Assembly: GCA_020137815.1 (NCBI GenBank)
Contig: CM035352.1
Location: forward strand, 3,410,001 to 3,474,000
Source: Hormiphora californensis
Taxonomy: Eukaryota; Animalia; Ctenophora
Length of the DNA: 64,000 nt
Reading direction: 5' to 3'
Shown here: piece by piece, positions 36,334-54,164 of the stretch
Position numbering within the stretch: the stretch's first letter is position 1
How the letters are laid out: each line of letters opens with the position of its first letter
Made by a program: the position numbers and the translations under genes
Notes under the pieces: model-generated
What the model was told of the DNA's origin: nothing
The model's database searches: none
Seen by the model: only the letters and a program-made list of their open reading frames with translations

Positions 36334-36830
36334 GTGAGAGCGGACCGTAGTTGAATTAGGTGAGAGTAGTTGAATTAGGTGAGAGCGGACCGTAGTTGAA
36401 TTAGGTGAGAGCGGACCGTAGTTGAATTAGGTGAGAGTGGGTTGTGGAACAGGGGCTGGAGGTTGTTGTAGTTGTGGAACAGGGGCCGGAGGTTGTTTTA
36501 GTTGTGGAACAGGGGCCGGAGGTTGTTGTAGTTGTGGAACAGGGGCCGGAGGTTGTTGTAGTTGTGGAACAGGGGCCGGAGGTTGTTGTAGTTGTGGAAC
36601 AGGGGCCGGAGGTTGTTGTAGTTGTGGAACAGGGGCCGGAGGTTGTTGTAGTTGTGGAACAGGGGCCGGAGGTTGTTGTAGTTGTGGAACAGGGGCCGGA
36701 GGTTGTTGTAGTTGTGGAACAGGGGCCGGAGGTTGTTGTAATTGTGGAACAGGGGCCGGAGGTTGTTGTAGTTGTGGAACAGGGGCCGGAGGTTGTTGTA
36801 GTTGTGGAACAGGGGCCGGAGGGAGTTGTG
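36327..36830. repeat. 26-bp then 30-bp minisatellites in the FAM120 3' UTR
   Basis: GAATTAGGTGAGAGCGGACCGTAGTT x~4, with the unit including the stop codon, then GTTGTGGAACAGGGGCCGGAGGTTGTTGTA x~13. Confidence 0.92.
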
Positions 36831-39800
36831 GAGCGGGGAGGGGAGGAGTTGTGGAGCGGGGAGGGGTGTGTTTGATTTGAGGACGGGGGTTGTTGAATTA
36901 GGGTTGTTGAGTATTACACAACATGTTTCACTTTTCTAACCAAGACCCTCTTTCAGATGTGAGGTGGACGTGTGCTTTGAAGGTTGTTTTAATTTATACA
37001 AGTAGTATTTATCGTTTAGCCACTAATAGACCTGTCTCATTTGTATTTAAAAAGGAGAGAAGAACTCTGAATTATTTTTTGAAACGAAGATTATTTTTCA
37101 CCTATATAGTATTACACATGTGTTTAATTATGAATATACAAAAAATGCATCTCCGTCTTTTGATCATATATTGTGGCCTCTCAAGTCGTGTATTGTTGTG
37201 AGTGGTATATTTTGAGCGAGAGATCTTTGACATGTGTGTGAATGTTATATGCTGGATAATTTGATATGATGCGTTTGGAAATGTGTTTGTATACTCCAAT
37301 TTTGCACGCGATGCCATTCAAAAACATTCAAAAACGACTCGAGTCTTCTCCCGCCACACCCTTTGTAAGAGACATGCGCGGCAGAAAAATCAGCAATCCG
37401 CAGCACTCGCTCTGCGCGTCACGCCTGGATCATGATTTGGGTTCAAAAAAGATAGGCTAAAATTTTAGGTTTCTTTTATTTTTAAAAAACATCAAATTTA
37501 GCCTAATTCCTAAAGGCTTGAGCATTTTCCTCTCAATGGTAGCAGTGTGTGGCATGTTTCAAACAGTGTGTGATAGCCGGAAGGATATGTAGAAAAACCG
37601 GTGCCGCGGTTTGATATGAATCCGGCCGGATGTTCCCATGGGCTGGAACACTAAAAATGATGTGTTTGATGATAAATTCAGCTGTTTTCTCTGGCTAGCC
37701 TTCAAATGATGTAAAAATGGCTTTGCAACCGTTAATTAAGGCCTATACATCTAATTAACGCAGTAGGGGTATCCGCCGAAATATACCAAATGGAAACACC
37801 GCGCCGATTTTGCACGCGCACAAGTAGAGCCGCGCGCGATACGTAAAGTGGCGCGCAAGGCAGGTAGTTACTTGCGCGTACTGTCCTTGTTAAAAGTTTG
37901 ATCTTTATCCGATTCTTACAGGTCGCGTTGGATGAAGCTGTATAAAACAGTCTCCACAGCAATTTTTTGTCATTTGTTTCAAATGATCATATCTCCGGTT
38001 CCAGATGAGATAAAGACACGATTCCGGTTGCGTTGTACAGCACTCGAAGTCACATTCATTTTGTGCTCTCTCTTGAGAAGGAAATGGGAAGATATGGACC
38101 GACCACGTCTTATAAGCGCCGGCAAGGGCCAAGGGATTAAGATACAAGTACCACTACTGTGTGTATTACAGACAATCATGAAATGTGAATCAGTTTGTGT
38201 TGAGAGTTGACACTACACATGAGCAGCTAGTATCTTTTATCTACTAGTACTAGTAATATACTAGCAGTTAGACTACAACGGTGAGGGTGTACCATAAGGA
38301 CACGGATATCATAATCGCGCCCCACCCAGAGCGTCCGCACCGCTCTGGGGAACAACTGATTTGCACGTGTTTTGGCAACTTTTTCGTCGTGGCCTGTTTA
38401 CAGGTGCTCGCCCTCAAAAAAGTTGATTGACTAAAATGGCTCTAACCGCCAAACCACTCAACCGATTATCTGGTAGGAAATGTCAAGGCCTAACCCCAAC
38501 CCTACTTTAGCCCTAACCTAAAAAAGAGTTTGTCAGCACTCACGAAACAGTAAGATTTTAAAGAAACAACCAGCCGACACCGGGGCTTTTAACGCTGGCC
38601 CAAATTCAAATTTAAACTTGAAGAGAGCTTGCTTCGCGAAGCAAGTTCTTAGAGGCGAACCAGCTACTAGAGGATTGCCTGAAAGAAGTAGGGATTCAGA
38701 ACGCCTACCTCCAGACCCGCCTCTCCACCAGGCACGCCATCGCTCCCATATCTACCCCCTGGCCAAAGACCACAAGCCGGACTTTCCCAACACCAAGTCA
38801 GGGTGGTACAACCAGTGGCAGGCAGCGCAGTGGAGAAACTATGTAGATGTAATCGTGGCCAGCATCTTGTCACAACTGCTCCCCTCCTGAGACATATTTA
38901 CAGGGTGGACTCCAGGTGGGGCCAGACTTGCTCTTTTCAAATTTTTGAAAGAGCGAACACGACTGTGCGGGTGTACCAGTATAGTGTTGAGTTGGCACAC
39001 GGAGAAGGTGGGAGAGGGACACAACAAGAGTGGCTTCACAATCCACCACTCCTGGTACACCACGCACGTCCCATGCGACTTATAAACATAAATAAATAAA
39101 TAAATAGTAACTAAAATCTCATCAATTTACGTTAAAAGTTCAACTTCGTGCATATTGATGGGCACGATCTTCCTCGTTCCCTCTAAGGGCGATCAGACAG
39201 GCCCTCAAAAGTCCGAATCAGCCTTGTTCTGAAGTGGCTGATAACTTCAGCATAGGTTCCTTGGTCTTGTCTGAAAACCTCTTCGAAAGAGCGAACGCAA
39301 AGCTTCGCGTTCGCTCTTTCAAAAATTTGAAAATTCCTCTACAAAACGCGCGCGGCACTGACGCGCCAGCAAATAGCCGATTGCGCGGAAAATATTTGCG
39401 CGTGCTAAATCGTTAATTGAGGGGGGTATCGAGGAAATATACCAGATGGAAACACATCAACGCGCGAGGAAATTGTGTGTGCACTGCACTGCGTAACGCG
39501 CAACGAATTAGAAAACGGGGCCGGGGTTTTCAGAATTATGCAGAAGCTTCTTTGGATCTCGTCTTGGCATGCGCTGCAGACCCAAGTGCGCGCGTTTTCC
39601 ACGGCTTCTAGGGCCTGTAGCATAGGCCAAGATCTCGTCGTTCACTTTTGTGTTTTCCCTCTCCCCTTTCGATCACGTCGCTCTCCCGTTGACCGTTCTG
39701 CCTTAGCGATGTTTAGCGACTTTCTCCCTTTTGAACAAGTTTCTCGGCTTCATGCTTTGAGTTGTTTCCGGCTCTAACGCCGTAGTTCACTGTGTTGGAG

Positions 39801-40479
39801 ATTTAGATTGTAAACAGATTTAATAATAATTTAATAATAATGTGTTGGAGATGCTCTTCCCGACCTCACTTTAAACTTTAAAGTTTAATCAATCATTTAG
39901 GGTATTTACAAAATGATGATATAGTACTAGCTAAATATGTAAAACATACCTATCCATGTCCTAAAATTCCAACTTGTCATGATACTAATGGAGGCGAGAC
40001 ACTGTGTTGAGACGCGCACAATGCGACGCGCATGCGACGCGCTTTTGGCATTGCGACGCGCACCCTGTTTTGAATTTCGAGTAAAACTGCCAAAAAAAGT
40101 TGAAAAAATTTTGTCTCCAAAAGTTTCAAAATCTTTTTTGTTGACTTACGGCATGCTTGCGGACGAAATAAGTTGGATAACGGTGGAGTAAAATCCCTTT
40201 TATGGTCAAATTTTGACTTTTTTGGCAATAACCTCTGTCATTCTTGTCCACATCGCACAATCTTAGTCCGTGGGAAGAGAGTATCGAGGACTTTCCAATG
40301 ATTAAACGGTGAATAAAGTCAGGGTAAATCTCTGAGGCTGTGTTTAAAAAAGGCGTGTTTTGAAGCTTTCTGTGTAATTTCTTCGCCATTGTAGCGCTGA
40401 TTTGATGTCCTGCGCTGTAGTAAAGCTTTCAATTTGAAGGAGCTCAATGCAAAATTTTCAAAAACGTCTCTACCAAACC

Positions 40480-41585
40480 TATTTCTCTCGCGTCTCCGTT
40501 GAAGAGATAAAATTCCCAGCTGTGTCAGCCTTTCCAGTAGTTAAGGCCTTGAACTTCCGCAATTCTCCTGGTAAAGAATCTCTGTATAGTTTCGATCTTG
40601 ATAAATCTCCGATCTGGTTGGAGACCATAAGGAGAAACAGTATTCAAGTTTGGGTCTTAGCAGTGACTGAGGAGAGTACCATAGTCTTCTCGGAGCGGTC
40701 TCTTGAAGTCCTAAACTACACCCTTAACTTAACAAGACCAGAGAACTCCGGGAGATGCCCTTCAACTCGGAGCATATTGTTTCTTCCCAACCATTCCGCT
40801 ATCTGTTCCAGATTTTCTTGTAGGGCATCCCTGTCTTCCAATCCAGTAATTGCTTGGCGGCTTTTGGTGTCGTCCGCGAAGGTAAGCGTACCTCCTGTCG
40901 TTCGGGATACCAAGTCACACACATATATGATGAATAGAAGGGGTACAAGCACAGGTCCCTGGATGACACTACTGGTGACACTCTCGGCCCTGGAGCATGC
41001 TCCGTCTATCACCACAGTCTGTGACCTACCAGTGAGGAAGGCTCTGATCCACTGAAGTAGTCTTCCCCTGATACCATATCTTTCAGTTTATGAAGAAGGA
41101 TACTGATATCAACCTTATCAAAGGCTTTGCTAAAGTAGATGTGGCTACATCGACTTTAGCAAAGCCTCTTGATAAGGTTGATATCAGTATCCTTCTTCTA
41201 AACTGAAAAGATATGGTATCAGGGGAAGACTACTTCAGTGGATCAGAGCCTTCCTCACTGGTAGGTCACAGACTGTGGTGATAGACGGAGCATGCTCCAG
41301 GGCCGAGAGTGTCACCAGTAGTGTCATCCACAGGACCTGCGTTGTACCCCTTTATTCATCATATATGTGTGTGACTTGGTATCCCGAACGACAGGAGGTA
41401 GCTTACCTTCGCGGACGACACCAAAAGCCGCCAAGCAATACATGGATTGGAAGACAGGGATGCCCTACAAGAAAATCTGGAACAGATAGCGGAATGGTTG
41501 GGAGAAAAAATATGCTCCGAGTTGAAGGGCATCTCCCGGAGTTCTCGGTCTTGTTAAGTTAAGGGTGTTAGTTTAGGACTTCAAG
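40480..41585. mobile_element. CR1-clade RT fragment, present in both orientations at the palindrome centre (continues at 47270-47490)
   Basis: DFSKAFDKVD, SVIQG..L.PLLFIIY, FADDTK, LLRPKLEYCSPLWSP and SLQRRRER. Confidence 0.8.
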
Positions 41586-41818
41586 GGACTAGTACTATAT
41601 ATATTAGCATTACACAACCGGAAGTATTTTATAATGATACTATCTGCTCTTTCCTGCGCTGATACAGTAACTCCTCTCTCTCACACTCCGTCTCTTCACT
41701 ACGCTCTCACTCTTCCTCGTCGGCCTCGTAGCACAACTGAACCCTCTAATTCTCCAATCTTTCTCTGGACCCCTGCCAAGTTTGGCGCGCTAGATAGCCT
41801 CTCATCGCAATCATGCCA

Positions 41819-41894
41819 GTTTCTCCATGGTGCAGTGGATGTTACATCCGCTTGATACGCAGAACGTCCAGGGTTCGAAACTTGACCCGGACCA
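41819..41894 (+). pseudogene. tRNA-Val-like pseudogene or SINE head
   Basis: A box TGGTGCAGTGG, B box GGTTCGAAAC and a downstream T8 terminator. The acceptor stem does not pair properly. Confidence 0.55.
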
Positions 41895-42124
41895 TTTTTT
41901 TTCGAAACTTTTAAAATACTAACACTTGGTATAGCACTAAGTGTTTTTAGACTATTAAATTAAAGTTCCACTATCTTGAACTTTTATTTTAACTTAGAGG
42001 GGAAAAATCGGCAAAATCGGGATACAGTTTGGCCATTCTCGGCCAAAAAATATGCTGGGACACCGGGTCTCTGGTTCAAATTCCCTTCTCTCTCTCAATC
42101 TCGCTACCAAAACTCGACGTTCAG

Positions 42125-42560
42125 CTCGCTCCTCAACAGTCCTCTCTGGTGATATATGTATAAACTGTCTGGTAGGATTCTGAGTCTTTTAGCTGAGCAG
42201 ACTTGGCCAGAACTGTCCTTACTGCCTCTCTGGTCCTAAACACTACCCGAACAAGTCGTACTCGCTTACCACTTCTCCCGAGTCTTTTCGAGACCACTGA
42301 AGCTTCACCAAGTTCCTGGAACACGTTCTTTATCTTGTCACAGTCGTTACTATCCACAGATTCAGGTAGTCCATACACTATCAAATTGGTGGAGTGATCT
42401 TCCGAGGCACTGAAAATAGCTGTCCGGATCTTGCTGGGGGCAAGAGCAGATACACAACTCTCTTTAACAGCAGTGGCGGCAGTCTCCAAAACAGTGGAAT
42501 AGCTCTTTATCTCCTCCTTGACCACTGATTGTACAGCACTGATACTATTAGGTACTCTTC
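42125..42560 (-). mobile_element. CR1/L2-type ORF1 fragment
   Basis: EIKSYS.V, NLIVYGLPE and RLG....R.VRV; homologous to 51168-52208. Confidence 0.7.
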
Positions 42561-42589
42561 TACAGTAGAGAATCCTTGTAGGCGATGAT

Positions 42590-43310
<721 letters not shown>

Positions 43311-43378
43311 CGTACTCGTAGTTACGAGAGAGAGTTGAGAGGAGAAGAGCGGTGAATGAATGAGTTGAGACAAACGCG

Positions 43379-43421
<43 letters not shown>

Positions 43422-43559
43422 AGTCACTGTATACCTTTTTACCACATAAAGGTAGCCTAGAAACATCAAACTTTGAAATTAAGGCCATCCAAATATGTTT
43501 TGACAAAAACCAGGAACAAAACAAAACCACTTAATTAGAAGCGACCAAATAAGAACAGG

Positions 43560-44845
43560 TACCTCACCAGTCACCGTCAGGTACCTCACCGTCATCCTGG
43601 CTGAGATTCGTGTTACGGAACAGGAACAACACGCTCTCAAGTCCTTCTCCGACCCACTGGGATCCTGGAACCACTTCGTTGACGACGCTATAGGAGCTGC
43701 TAGGGATTATGATCACGCCGAGTCCTTCTTCTCCTACATCAACTCCCTTGCTCCAGATCTCAAGTACACCATCGAGCACCCTAAGGATGGACTTCTCCCC
43801 TATCTCGACGTCCTTCTCCATCCCGACCTCTCTACCTCTGTCTACCGGAAAGCTACACATACCAACCTCTATCTCAAGTACAACTCCTCTACTCCTGCTC
43901 TTACACGCCGCTCTGTTATCCAATTAACCCGTGGGCCTACAACATCTGTTCTCGAAGAGGAACTCGACACAGTCTACAACAACTGTCTCTGCAATGGATT
44001 TCTCCCTACGAGATTCCACTCTGATGTCTACTGTTCGGGACCGCCTTCTACACCCCAAACCATCAAAATCCCGTCTCCTTCTCCTTCGTCCACCGTGTAG
44101 TCCTACCCTATCACCCGGACCTCTCCTCTGACTCAAACGGACCCTCAACCGCTACAACATAGAAGTCACTCCTCTTCCTCTTCTACACCACGGAACATCC
44201 TCACCCAGACCAAATCTTCGCTTCCTTCTGATAGTACTCCCAACTCCATCTACTCCATTCCCTGCCGCGACTGCTCATCTTTCTACGTTGGCCAGACCAA
44301 GCGACCAGTGAAAACCCGGATTAAGGAGCACGAATCTAACTTCTACAACAACTCTCTCTACAACAAAAGTGGGAGATGAAATCTGCTCCTGCTATCCACG
44401 TCGGAATCTGGACACACATACTGGAATCGACATCTATCCTCTCATCTTCTTCTCCTGCCTCAGTCTAAATCTACTGGAACAAGCGGCTATTCACACTCTT
44501 CAACCGGCGATTAACCGAACAGATAAAGTTCCTACTGTCAACCTCCAATGGATTCACCTTCTCCCCAGGATTGCCAACTCCTTCAAACCCCGACCTGTGG
44601 CAATCATCAAACCTAGTCTCCCAAACCTGTTTCCTAATTCACTTCAGTTCGGATCACTCTTTCCCCTCTGTGGATCACCTCCCCTATCCCCCTCCTCTCG
44701 GATCGCATCTTCCCTCTCGGATCTCATCCCTTCCTCTCCCCTCCCGGATCCCATATCCCTTCTCCACTACATAAACACTTTCATTTTCATTGTTGTTATA
44801 GCTGAAGACGTCTGACATAGATCAGTCGAAAGCTCCTGTTCTTAA
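43560..44845 (+). mobile_element. Degenerate Penelope-like element (RT C-terminus + GIY-YIG endonuclease)
   Basis: KYTIEHPKDGLLPYLDVLL...SVYRKATHTNLYL, and NSIYSIPCRDCSSFYVGQTKRPVKTRIKEH (~44240-44335). Confidence 0.85.
44798..44839 (+). ncRNA. Minimal type I hammerhead ribozyme of the Penelope element
   Basis: ATAG-CTGAAGA(C)-stem II G(T)CTGA/TCAG(T)C-GAAA-GCTC-CTGT: core boxes, palindromic AGCT in stem/loop III, CUC cleavage triplet, and a 4-bp stem I. Confidence 0.65.
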
Positions 44846-44949
44846 TTGAATATTAGTACTGCAAAATCTTTGTTCCTCTTTAAAAGAACAGGTACAACTA
44901 ACAAAAGAAAACGAAAACATACTAAAGAAACAGCTAAACGACAGCAGAC

Positions 44950-45484
44950 AATGGAGAACCGTCGCGTAAACAGGGAACCGTACACAGGGAACCGTACATA
45001 GAGAACCGTACATAGAGAACCGTACATAGAGAACCGCACATAGAGAACCGCACATAGAGAACCGTACAACTACATAGAGAACCGTACATAGAGAACCGCA
45101 CATAGAGAACCGTACAACTACATAGAGAACCGTACATAGAGAACCGCACATAGAGAACCGTACAACTACATAGAGAACCGTACATAGAGAACCGCACATA
45201 GAGAACCGTACATAGAGAACCGCACATAGAGAACCGTACAACTACATAGAGAACCGTACATAGAGAACCGCACATAGAGAACCGTACATAGAGAACCGCA
45301 CATAGAGAACCGTACAACTACATAGAGAACCGCACATAGAGAACCGTACATAGAGAACCGCACATAGAGAACCGTACAACTGCAACTACATAGAGAACCG
45401 TACATAGAGAACCGTACAACTACATAGACAATCGTACATAGAGAACCGTACATAGAGAACCGTACAACTACATAGAGAACCGTC
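44950..45484. repeat. 14/20-bp minisatellite (CATAGAGAACCGYA +/- CAACTA)
   Basis: Direct reading. Confidence 0.95.
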
Positions 45485-48400
45485 GACAGACTCTATGACT
45501 GATGCCATAGGTTCCCCCCATTTCACCGAAGTTGAGAAACGAAAGGGGGGAGCTTAGCGCCATAGTTACCCATACCCGGGTGGTATGTGGTTTGCTCAGC
45601 GTGTGGCTAAGTGACCCAAAAATACCGTAAACAGGCCTCTTCTCCATTTAGAGATGGGGACCACCGAAACCACTTCCAAAGGACTCCGTCGGCTCTCGTG
45701 GGTGGTTCCGGACGTCTGCGGGGAGGGTGGTTTTCCTTATCTTCTTCACTTCACCGCCCCTGGCCCTTCGGGGGCCACACTTCACCTGTCTCAGTCTGGC
45801 GCCGTGACCCCGACCCATCTGAATTCTGAGCGAATACAGCATGCTGCAGCACTTCATATTCTAATTCACGATCTCCATAACATATAAGCACGCCGACCAC
45901 ATTATCGATAGTTCCTCCGTCCAGAAGGAGAAGGGAAGGTGTCTGCCCACTATCTCACAGTTTCAAGAGCCTAGCAGGATCTGTCTGGCGGTGCCAGACG
46001 TGACCCTATTTGATTGATTCTCATTGCGCTGAGATGGGTCACGGTGCCAGACAGAGCAGGATAGGCAAGTTATGCTTCTGAATGCACGACAGTTTTATAG
46101 GGAACCCGGAACTTGTTTACCTCATGGCAAAGCCGTTTGGCGATCTGCCAGCGCACTGAACCGCTGGCGCGACAGAATATTTGTAGAGGACCGCGCGCAA
46201 CCATGCCCCCGCGCGCGAAACTGAACAGCCCCGCGCGAAAGATTGGCTACATACTGCTGAAATCATGTGCTTTGTACACAATAAAACGCCATAAACTAGC
46301 TGTAGGCTGGGTCATGAACGTGGGAATATGCGATCTTTTGAGGTGGGACCACGACAAGTTTTATACTTTGCAACATAGCATGAGGCTCCGAGGATGAATT
46401 ATTTATTGTTTCCGTTTGTGCTGTTGTATAAACAATACAAAACATACTGTGCCGCCATCTTTTCAGATAGTACACACGAAGGTATACAACAAACACCAAC
46501 ATCGATCGGTATCAGTTTTCAATAGCCGAGGAGAGGCTGCCCAAAGAAGAAACCGTATGAAAAGTCACCTACATATTGGGTTCGATCAAATGGTAAAAGA
46601 GACGTACCTGGTTTCGTTCAGATTCCACCGATCAATGATCATGTCATTTATTTATTCCAGATCAAAGTAAAACAATTTTATTAAAAGAAATTTTTAAATC
46701 AAACAAGAGATAGAGGTCTTCTGTGGCGAGATTGTCTTGGTCGGGACGGAGATGCCTTCTTCAGAGCTGGAGGCGGCATGGGGGCGGCATAAACGGTTTT
46801 CTTCTTCTTTTTCTACGAGGACGGTGGCTAGTGCGCAGCAGGGGTGGCTCCCGTTCCCCGTCCTGGGTGATGTGACTGGTATGTTGCCAAGCTGCTTTGG
46901 CCCAAGGGGACTTGGTGCCATATCCAGATCACAGGGGGTGTGAAACCACGGTTTACAGTGGCGGGATTGTCTTGGTCGGGGGCGGAGCTACGTTCTTGAG
47001 AGCTGGAGGCGGCACGGTTTTCAGTGGCGGGATTCCTTGGTCGGGGATACTTTATCTGCGTTCCTGACGGGTATGAGAAGTGTGTAAGTTTATGTAAATT
47101 CAAAGGAGGTAAATTAATGAGTACCGGGGGGGGGGGGGGGGGGGGGGGGGGTGACACGTTGAAACAGATTGAGACTGTCATATTATATTTACTACACCCA
47201 GATTTATCGGTAGTAACTTCTTCACGATATAAAAAAGTAACGGACCCTACAAACAACCCTAACCCTAATAGACCGCTCCGAGAAGACTATGGTAACTCTC
47301 CTCAAGTCACTGCTAAGACCCAAACTTGAATACTGTTCTCCCTTATGGTCTCCAACCAAGATCGGAGATGTTATCAAGATCGAAACTATACAGAGATTCT
47401 TTACCAGGAGAATTGCGGAATGTCAAGGCCTTAACTACTGGGAAAGGCTGACACAGCTGGGAATTTTATCTCTTCAACGGAGACGCGAGAGAAATAGGTT
47501 TGGTAGAGACGTTTTTGAAAATTTTGCATTGAGCTCCTTCAAATTGAAAGCTTTACTACAGCGCAGGACATCAAAATCAGCGCTACAATGGCGAAGAAAT
47601 TACACAGAAAGCTTCAAAACACGCCTTTTTTAAACACAGCCTCAGAGATTTAGCCCTGACTTTATTCACCGTTTAATCATTGGAAAGTCCTCGATACTCT
47701 CTTCCCAACGAGACTAAGATTGTGCGATGTGGACAAGAAATGACAGAGGTTATTGCCAAAAAAGTCAAAATTTGACCATAAAAGGGATTTTACTCCACCG
47801 TTATCCAACTTATTTTCGTCCGCAAGCATGCCGTAAGTCAAACAAAAAAGATTTTGAAACTTTTGGAGACAAAATTTTTTCAACTTTTTTTGGCAGTTTT
47901 ACTCGAAATTCAAAACAGGGTGCGCGTCGCAATGCCAAAATGCGCGTCGCATGCGCGTCGCATTGTGCGCGTCTCAACACAGTGTCTCGCCTCCATTAGT
48001 ATCATGACAAGTTGGAAATTTAGGACATGGATAGGTATGTTTTACATATTTAGCTAGTACTATATTCATCATTTTGTAAATACCCTAAATGATTGATTAA
48101 ACTTTAAAGTTTAAAGTGAGGTCGGGAAGAGCATCTCCAACACATTATTATTAAATTATTATTAAATCTGTTTACAATCTAAATCTCCAACACAGTGAAC
48201 TACGGCGTTAGAGGCCGGGAAACAACTCAAAGCATGAAGCCGAGAAACTTGTTCAGAAAGGGATGAAAAGTCGCTAAACATAGCTAAATCGCTAAGGCAG
48301 AACGGTCAACGGAGAGCGACGTGATCGAAGAGGGGAGAGGGGAAAACACAAAAGTGAACGACGAGATCTTGGCCTATGCTACAGGCCCTAGAAGCCGTGG

Positions 48401-50138
48401 AAAACGCGCGCACTTGGGGTCTGCAGCGCATGCCAAGACGAGATCCAAAGAAGCTTCTGCATAATTCTGAAAACCCCGGCCCCGTTTTCTAATTCGGTTG
48501 CGCGTTACGCAGTGCAGTGCACACACAATTTCCTCGCGCGTTGATGGTGTTTCCATCTGGTATATTTCCTCGATACCCCCCCTCAATTAACGGATTTAGC
48601 ACGCGCAAATATTTTCCGCGCAATCGGCTATTTTGCTGCGCGTCAGTGCCGCGCGCGTTTTGTAGAGGAATTTTCAAATTTTTGAAAGAGCGAACGCGAA
48701 GCTTTGCGTTCGCTCTTTCGAAGAGGGTTTCAGACAAGACCAAGGAACCCTATGCTGAAGTTATCAGCCACTTCAGAACAAGGCTGAGATTCGGACTTTT
48801 GAGGGCCTGTCTGATCGCCCTTAGAGGGAACAGGAGGAAGATCGTGCCCATCAATATGCACGAAGTTGAACTTTTAACGTAAATTGATGAGATTTTAGTT
48901 ACTATTTATTTATTTATTTATGTTTATAAGTCGCATGGGACGTGCGTGGTGTACCAGGAGTGGTGGATTGTGAAGCCACTCTTGTTGTGTCCCTCTCCCA
49001 CCTTCTCCGTGTGCCAACTCAACACTATACTGGTACACCCGCACAGTCGTGTTCGCTCTTTCAAAAATTTGAAAAGAGCAAGTCTGGCCCCACCTGGAGT
49101 CCACCCTGTAAATATGTCTCAGGAGGGGGAGCAGTTGTGACAAGATGCTGGCCACGATTACATCTACATAGTTTCTCCACTGCGCTGCCTGCCACTGGTT
49201 GTACCACCCTGACTTTGGTGTTGGGAAAGTCCGGCTTGTGGTCTTTGGCCAGGGGGTAGATGATGGGAGCGATGGCGTGCCTGGTGGAGAGGCGGGTCTG
49301 GAGGTAGGCGTTCTGAATCCCTACTTCTTTCAGGCAATCCTCTAGTAGCTGGTTCGCCTCTAAAAGAGAGCTTGCTTCGCGAAGCAAGCTCTCTTCAAGT
49401 TTAAATTTGAATTTGGGCCAGCGTTAAAAGCCCCGGTGTCGGCTTGTTGTTTCTTTAAAATCTTACTGTTTCGTGAGTGCTGACAAACTCTTTTTTAGGG
49501 TTAGGGCTAAAGTAGGGTTGGGGTTAGGCCTTGACATTTCCTACCAGATAATCGGTTGAGTGGTTTGGCGGTTAGAGCCATTTTAGTCAATCAACTTTTT
49601 TGGAGGCGAGCACCTGTAAACAGGCCACGACGAAAAAAGTTGCCAAAAACACTGCAAATCAGTTGTTAACCCAGAGCGGTGCGGACGCTCTGGGTGGGGC
49701 GCGATTATGATATCCGTGTCCTTATGGTACACCCTCACACGTGTTCCTTTATCGTTTCAATCTGGATGTATTGCAGACTGTTTACAGGTACACGCTAGGC
49801 TAAAAGAGTACACTTTTATTTTCTTGACCGACTTTTTTCAAACGGCTATAGCCACGCAACCACATCGCCAATTTAAGTAAACTAAACGGTATCTAAAGAG
49901 AATCGATAGCACTAACCGAAAACCCCAAACAAAACCCTAACAAAAGCCATAACCTGTCTCGACCGCCCAAAATCGATGAATTTTTAGCAATGGAAGGCAC
50001 CCAGATTTTAACTTAGCCCCTCTGGGTGTAAACGCTGTGTAAATACTGAACTTTAGGGATCGCTCTAGTAACACTTATATGAATTGTTGAGGCCCCTCAT
50101 ATAATGCCTTCACCCGTTAATATTTCCTCTCTAGCGAC

Positions 50139-53013
<2,875 letters not shown>

Positions 53014-54164
53014 TGAGTGGATCAGAGGGAATTGAATGAAAACACACCCCTGTGATACGCATACACATATGAACTGAATGAGACAGACACACATGAAGGG
53101 AGAGGAGTGTATTAGGTATGGGGTGTGTGTTTCGGGAGAGAGAGAGAAAGGAAGAGAAGAAAATAGGAAGATTTTTCTTCCTTTTTTTTATAATCTTCCC
53201 AGCAGCTGTCTCACATTTTCACATTAAACATGTTTCATCTCGCACCGTAAAACACATTTATCACATTTATCGTCTCGTGTGTTAATCCATGATTCCCTTT
53301 TACTAGTGCCTAATCTGGAGAGGGAGAAGGAGCGAGGCTCTCTCAGGGGAAACAGGGGGACCTGTCTCTCTCTCTTGTGACTTAGGAAATAACGGATCTA
53401 GGATACTAGGACCCCCTCTCTCTTTTTCTGGAGATGGAGAGGAATAGGATATTAGGATAGGATGCATTTGATCTCTGTCTCTGATGACCCCCTCGAGGGA
53501 TTAACAAACATGCTCACAAACACGGGATACGGAATTGGACCCAGGAAAGGGGAGGCGTTTTTCACATTTTCCCTCCTCCAGGATCTTTTCTCACCCCTTC
53601 CCTCAGGATCAGTGCCCCAAACCCCCTCAGGATTTCAGGGGCTGCTGTGTCTGACCCCTGCTGCACAGGATACCTGCGGTGATCGATAGTTTGAGCGAGA
53701 GCTAGTGTGTATAAATGTGTGAAGTTGCCTGAAGATGAATGTGAAGTGTGAGACTTTGCGATTAATTTTAGTGTTACAGCGTATTTTATAAATCCTACTT
53801 TCAAACTTTTCAAGCCCCCGCTTAATTGTGCGTGTTTTCTTTGTTCTCCTTGAGCCTGGTGGTCGGGTCTGTTCGTTGGTGACCCCATTTCCCAGCCGTT
53901 GTGTGGGCGGCGCAACACTCAATTTGTTGTACAAAGCACAGCGTGTCAGCAGAGCTCTCTCAACTAACACAGACCAAATTGGTGGGCTGTTTTGGCGCGG
54001 AGAGTGCGCGTCATAAGAGACACGCCGCGCGAAGAACCCTGTCTTGGTGTCACCGCCGCCCACACAACACACTCAATACAATGTGGTTTTGTTGAAAATG
54101 CAGATATATTTGTCCGATATCCGGTATAATTACTACAACGGGGTATAAAATAATTTTACACACT

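Noticed and set aside
36327-36830. Regular repeats resembling a CRISPR array (also 44950-45484, 63100-63512)
   Set aside because: No unique spacers, no cas genes, eukaryotic context.
36431-36880. Cys/Gly-rich ORF (GTGAGGCCSC)n resembling metallothionein or keratin-associated protein
   Set aside because: Translation of a 30-bp minisatellite downstream of the FAM120 stop; no ATG start, and open in more than one frame.
41819-41894. Functional tRNA gene
   Set aside because: Acceptor and anticodon stems are mispaired; kept only as pseudogene/SINE head.
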